From contig CAYQUS010000001.1 of the NCBI GenBank assembly GCA_964421015.1, forward strand, positions 172,726-236,725: 64,000 bases of DNA, read 5' to 3'. Below, in pieces: positions 60,228-64,000 of the stretch. The notes beneath the pieces were generated by a model that had not been told where the DNA came from, made no database searches, and was given only the letters and a program-made list of their open reading frames with translations. How positions within the stretch are numbered: the stretch's first letter is position 1; each line of letters opens with the position of its first letter. Both the position numbers and the translations under genes were made by a program. Origin of the DNA: an uncultured Planctomycetia bacterium. Lineage in GTDB: Bacteria > Omnitrophota > Gorgyraeia > Tantalellales > Tantalellaceae.

Positions 60228-61197
60228 CAGATTCGCTCTCTTTTTTGTAGACCTCTACTATCTTCTGGACCAGTTCGTGTCTCACAACATCCTCACCCTT
60301 GAGAAAAGCGAATTTTATGCCGGGGATCCGGTCCAGTATCTCCCTCGCGTGCAGTAACCCGGATTTTTTTCCCCGCGGCAGATCGCTCTGGGTTATATCG
60401 CCTGCTATTACGGTTTTGGAATGGAACCCCAAACGCGTCAGGAACATCTTCATCTGATCCGGAGTGGAGTTCTGCGCCTCATCCATTATAATGAAAGAAT
60501 CGTTCAAAGTTCTGCCTCGCATATATGCCAGAGGAGCCACCTCTATTATCCCCTCAGCCAGGTATTCCTTTATCATATGCGCGTCCATCATGTCGTAAAG
60601 AGCGTCATACAGAGGTCTCAGGTACGGATTGACCTTCTCATACATGTCTCCCGGAAGATACCCAAGGCTTTCCCCCGCTTCCACGGCGGGGCGAGTGAGT
60701 ATTATCCTGGAAACAAGGTGTTTTCTTAACGCGTTTACAGCCATTGCCATGGCAAGATAAGTTTTCCCTGTACCTGCCGGGCCAATGGCAAAAACTATAT
60801 CGTTTTCTCTTATGGCGGCTATGTAGTTCCTCTGCCCGGAACTCCTGGGCTTTACATGCGGTCTCTTTGAACTTACATCGATATGGTCAGTAAAGCTATC
60901 GCCCATACGATCCTCTTCCTTTGAACTGACTATGGTTCGCCGTACGTCCCCGGCGGAAAGATGCCCTCCTTTTCTCACTGTGAGGAGCATCTCATTTACC
61001 ACCTTTTCAGCCTGAGACAACCGCAAGGCGCTGTCGCTCTTTATTTTGAGTATGCCTCCCCGGAAAGAAGTGCCTACCCCGAGAGACCTTTCTAAAGCTC
61101 TCAGATTTTCATCGCGATCCCCGAAAAGATCCCTCGCCTCGGAATCGTTGTCTATGATGATCTGTATCTCCGTAGCCAACCCCGCTATTTTATCCAT
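60217..61197 (-). CDS. phoH: PhoH-like ATPase
   Basis: P-loop GPAGTGKTYLAMA; PhoH family. Confidence 0.9.
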   Translation of the reverse strand: MDKIAGLATEIQIIIDNDSEARDLFGDRDENLRALERSLGVGTSFRGGILKIKSDSALRLSQAEKVVNEMLLTVRKGGHLSAGDVRRTIVSSKEEDRMGDSFTDHIDVSSKRPHVKPRSSGQRNYIAAIRENDIVFAIGPAGTGKTYLAMAMAVNALRKHLVSRIILTRPAVEAGESLGYLPGDMYEKVNPYLRPLYDALYDMMDAHMIKEYLAEGIIEVAPLAYMRGRTLNDSFIIMDEAQNSTPDQMKMFLTRLGFHSKTVIAGDITQSDLPRGKKSGLLHAREILDRIPGIKFAFLKGEDVVRHELVQKIVEVYKKESESDVQ

Positions 61198-61547
61198 TCA
61201 TCCTCAATTTCAACTTCCTCTACTACTTCTACTTGGGGACTCTCTTCCACCGGGGGCGGTGTGACAGTTTCCTCGACCAGGACAGGTTCCGGCTTCACGG
61301 TTTCCGCTTGAACCTCTTCTTTGGCCGTACCGGGAAGTTCAACATCCACTCCGATAAGCGTCCTTTTTCGGGAACCCCTATTGCCCACCTCGGGGGGCGT
61401 CCCCATCACATACCCGCGATTACCCTTCAGTTCCTGGTCCACTCTTTCCTTTTTGAAAGTGTAAACTTCGATGGCCCCGGAACTCTCCGAGATCATCCCT
61501 CCCAGTACCGCGGCAGCCAGTATTACGTAAAGCGATCTCTTTTTCAT
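61185..61547 (-). CDS. secreted hypothetical protein with a Pro/Glu/Val-rich acidic C-terminus
   Basis: Signal peptide MKKRSLYVILAAAVLGG after an internal Met; lies between aspS and phoH. Confidence 0.4.
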   Translation of the reverse strand: MKKRSLYVILAAAVLGGMISESSGAIEVYTFKKERVDQELKGNRGYVMGTPPEVGNRGSRKRTLIGVDVELPGTAKEEVQAETVKPEPVLVEETVTPPPVEESPQVEVVEEVEIEDEWIK

Positions 61548-61576
61548 TTTGGATCCTCCCGTTTTAACTTTAGTTA

Positions 61577-63352
61577 TCATTCCGTTGTTCTTAACTTTTT
61601 GATCTTAATGCCGAGATCCCTGAGCTGTTCCTCCGAAACCCCGGAAGGCGCGCCCGTTAGAGGGCAGATCCCTTTCTGCGTTTTTGGGAAAGGTATAACT
61701 TCCCTTATTGAGGAATCTCCCGTAAAAAGAGTTATAAGCCTGTCCATACCGAACGCCACTCCCCCGTGAGGAGGAGCCCCGAAACTGAAAGCCTCCAGGA
61801 GAAAACCGAACTTCTCTGCGCATTCATTTTCGGTCAAGCCCAGGGCCGAGAATATCTTGTTCTGGACTTCCCTGTTGTGTATTCTTATACTTCCGGAACC
61901 TATTTCGCTTCCGTTGAGCACCAGGTCATAGGACTTAGACCTTATTTTCCCCAGGTCTCCGCTGTCCAGAAAACCCATATCCTCCTCGGCTAGCGACGTA
62001 AAAGGATGATGTTCCGATACCCACCTTTTCTCCTCTTTGTTGAACTTAAAGAGAGGGAAATTCACCACCCAGAGAAAATCATAACGGGACCTGTCGATAA
62101 GCCCTTTATCCCTGCCTATCTTGAGGCGCAAAGCCCCGAGAGCCTGATAAGCCACATCCTTATCATCGGCTACCATGAATATCATGTCACCCGGAACAGC
62201 CGATGTCTTTTCCCTTATTGTCTTAAGCTCCTCCGGAGTGAAGAACTTAGATATCTGTGAGGTAAGACCGTTTTCCTCGACCTTAAGGTACGCCAGCCCC
62301 TTGGCCCCGTACTCTCCGGCAAAAGATATCAGCTCGTCTATCTCCTTTCTGCTTAAACTTCCATAACCCGGCGCGGCGAGAGCCATCACCCTTCCTCCCG
62401 AAGAGATCACCGATCTAAAGACCTTAAACCCGCACGAGGCCATTTCATCTGTTATGTCGCTTAGAAGTACATCAAACCGCGTGTCCGGTTTGTCAGATCC
62501 GTATTTGGACATGGCCTCGGCGTGGTCCATCCTTCTAAAAGGCGTTTCTATCTCTATCCCGAGCACCTTGGAAAAAAGCCCCTTGAACATTCTTTCGCAG
62601 ATATCGAGGATATCATCCTGTTCCACAAATGACATTTCCATGTCTATCTGGGTAAACTCAGGCTGCCGGTCGGCTCTTAGATCCTCGTCCCTGAAACAGC
62701 GTACTATCTGAAAATACCGCTCCACTCCGGCTACCATAAGCAGCTGCTTAAAGATCTGAGGAGATTGCGGCAGGGCGTAAAAATCCCCCTGCTGAAGGCG
62801 GGAAGGAACTATATAGTCCCTCGCTCCTTCGGGAGTGGACTTTGTAAGCATCGGCGTCTCCACGGATATAAAACCTTCCCCGTCAAGGAAATCACCTATG
62901 AACTTGCTTATTTTGTGCCGCACCTTGAGCTTATTCTGCATAGACGGTCTTCTTAGATCCAGATACCTGTACCTCAGCCTCACATCCTCGGAGACCTGTA
63001 TCCCGTCTTTTATCTCAAAGGGAAGAGTTCCGGCAGCAGAAAGTATCTCTATATCCTCGACATCCACCTCTATCTCGCCCGTGCTGATAGCCTTATTGAT
63101 CGTCCCCTCGGGACGGGGGGCGACGCGCCCTCTGACCTTTACGCAAAATTCATTCCTTATATCGTGAGCCTTGAGATGCGTATCACGGTTCCTGGCGGGA
63201 TCAAAAACTATCTGGGTAACTCCGTGTTTATCCCTGAGGTCAACGAAGATTATTTCGCCATGATCCCGCCTTGAAGATACCCATCCCGAAAGCGTCACTT
63301 CTTTCCCCGAGTCCCCGATACTTAGTTCAGCGCAGTTATGAGTACGCGTCAT
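61577..63352 (-). CDS. aspS: aspartate--tRNA ligase
   Basis: N-terminal OB anticodon-binding domain; class II aaRS core with a GAD insertion; 591 aa. Confidence 0.9.
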   Translation of the reverse strand: MTRTHNCAELSIGDSGKEVTLSGWVSSRRDHGEIIFVDLRDKHGVTQIVFDPARNRDTHLKAHDIRNEFCVKVRGRVAPRPEGTINKAISTGEIEVDVEDIEILSAAGTLPFEIKDGIQVSEDVRLRYRYLDLRRPSMQNKLKVRHKISKFIGDFLDGEGFISVETPMLTKSTPEGARDYIVPSRLQQGDFYALPQSPQIFKQLLMVAGVERYFQIVRCFRDEDLRADRQPEFTQIDMEMSFVEQDDILDICERMFKGLFSKVLGIEIETPFRRMDHAEAMSKYGSDKPDTRFDVLLSDITDEMASCGFKVFRSVISSGGRVMALAAPGYGSLSRKEIDELISFAGEYGAKGLAYLKVEENGLTSQISKFFTPEELKTIREKTSAVPGDMIFMVADDKDVAYQALGALRLKIGRDKGLIDRSRYDFLWVVNFPLFKFNKEEKRWVSEHHPFTSLAEEDMGFLDSGDLGKIRSKSYDLVLNGSEIGSGSIRIHNREVQNKIFSALGLTENECAEKFGFLLEAFSFGAPPHGGVAFGMDRLITLFTGDSSIREVIPFPKTQKGICPLTGAPSGVSEEQLRDLGIKIKKLRTTE

Positions 63353-64000
63353 TGTTTATTTTCCTTCCTGAGTTTTTCCGCAAGACCGTCAAAACCTGTT
63401 TCCTTCTGCTCTCCGGAAACCATGTCCTTAAGTGAAAAGCGCGGCTCCCCGCCTGTGCTTTTCTCAACGAATACGACAAAATCCCTGTTCTCTTTCCCGG
63501 CTTTTCTCATCTGGGCTTTCATGGAACGTCCCGTAAGGTCCATATCACCGCGTATACCAAGTGACCGTAGTTTTTCTACCAGATCGAAAGCCGCCGGCCG
63601 CAACGTTTCTTCCACCGGTATCACCATCACAGAAGGCGCGCCCTTTTGAGAAACCGCTTCCGGCAGAACAAGAATAAGCCTTTCCACCCCTATGGCGTAA
63701 CCGGTGGCGCTGACCGAGGGCCCTCCCATCCGCGAAGACAACCCATCGTATCTTCCCCCGGCACCCAGGGCGTCCTGAGCGCCCAGAGACGGGTGCGACA
63801 CCTCAAAAATAACACCTGTGTAGTAGTCGAGCCCCCTTACAAGATCGCTCTTTTCTTTGAAATCTATACGCGCTCTATCAAGCGTGTCCTTAAGCTCTCC
63901 GTACGACCGCCGGCAATCTTCGCAAAGAAAACCGCTTATCGCGGGAGAACCCGCCACAACCTCTTTACAGGATGGCGATTTGCAGTCAAGCACTCTAAGA
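63349..64000 (-). CDS. hisS: histidine--tRNA ligase (C-terminal part; N-terminus beyond the window edge)
   Basis: Class II HisRS motif 3 region (GGRYDGL) and C-terminal anticodon-binding domain; truncated at 64000. Confidence 0.85.
   Translation of the reverse strand, partial: LRVLDCKSPSCKEVVAGSPAISGFLCEDCRRSYGELKDTLDRARIDFKEKSDLVRGLDYYTGVIFEVSHPSLGAQDALGAGGRYDGLSSRMGGPSVSATGYAIGVERLILVLPEAVSQKGAPSVMVIPVEETLRPAAFDLVEKLRSLGIRGDMDLTGRSMKAQMRKAGKENRDFVVFVEKSTGGEPRFSLKDMVSGEQKETGFDGLAEKLRKENKQ

Overview
This 64-kb window comes from a diderm bacterium: it carries lpxA and an outer-membrane beta-barrel gene, and almost every gene is on the minus strand. No transposase, integrase, CRISPR array or rRNA gene is visible.

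- **Positions 19-17700.** This stretch holds a complete division and cell-wall (dcw) cluster: mraZ, two small unknown ORFs, rsmH, ftsL-like, ftsI, murE, murF, mraY, murD, ftsW, murG, murC, murB, ddl, ftsQ, ftsA. The cluster ends with proC where ftsZ would normally follow. A sigma70-like promoter and a putative MraZ operator sit upstream of mraZ.
- **Positions 18000-24600.** The genes here are a PilZ protein, a PC4-like ssDNA-binding protein, an NSS-family transporter, an Smr-domain protein next to an ArfB-like GGQ rescue factor, a ParA-type ATPase fused to a glycogen-binding CBM48 domain, a divergent membrane protein with a CBM-like domain, and a YhaM-like OB/HD nuclease.
- **Positions 24600-30800.** A direct-sulfhydrylation methionine cluster (metY-cysK-metX-metW) lies next to a metallophosphoesterase, a flavin reductase and greA.
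- **Positions 30800-32400.** The 0.5-kb intergenic region before a secreted TIM-barrel glycoside hydrolase carries a candidate c-di-GMP-I (GEMM) riboswitch followed by an intrinsic terminator.
- **Positions 32400-48300.** Mostly housekeeping genes, including lpxA, the outer-membrane beta-barrel gene and gpmA.
- **Positions 44739-44930.** A composite 44-bp direct repeat / 23-bp inverted repeat element sits in a long intergenic region.
- **Positions 48300-64000.** These positions hold a secreted acidic protein, tRNA-Arg(CCT), a class-A beta-lactamase-like protein with a peptidoglycan-binding domain, a sigma factor, ppdK, glyQS, recO, a Firmicutes-like dgkA/PAP2-ybeY-pgpH-phoH block, aspS and a truncated hisS.

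Features 17768..17796, 17804..17832, 31070..31180 and 44739..44930 have no supporting ORF in the provided track and were read from the raw sequence by eye; all family assignments rest on remembered motifs with no database search, and where an alignment partner is quoted the partner sequence is recalled from memory.
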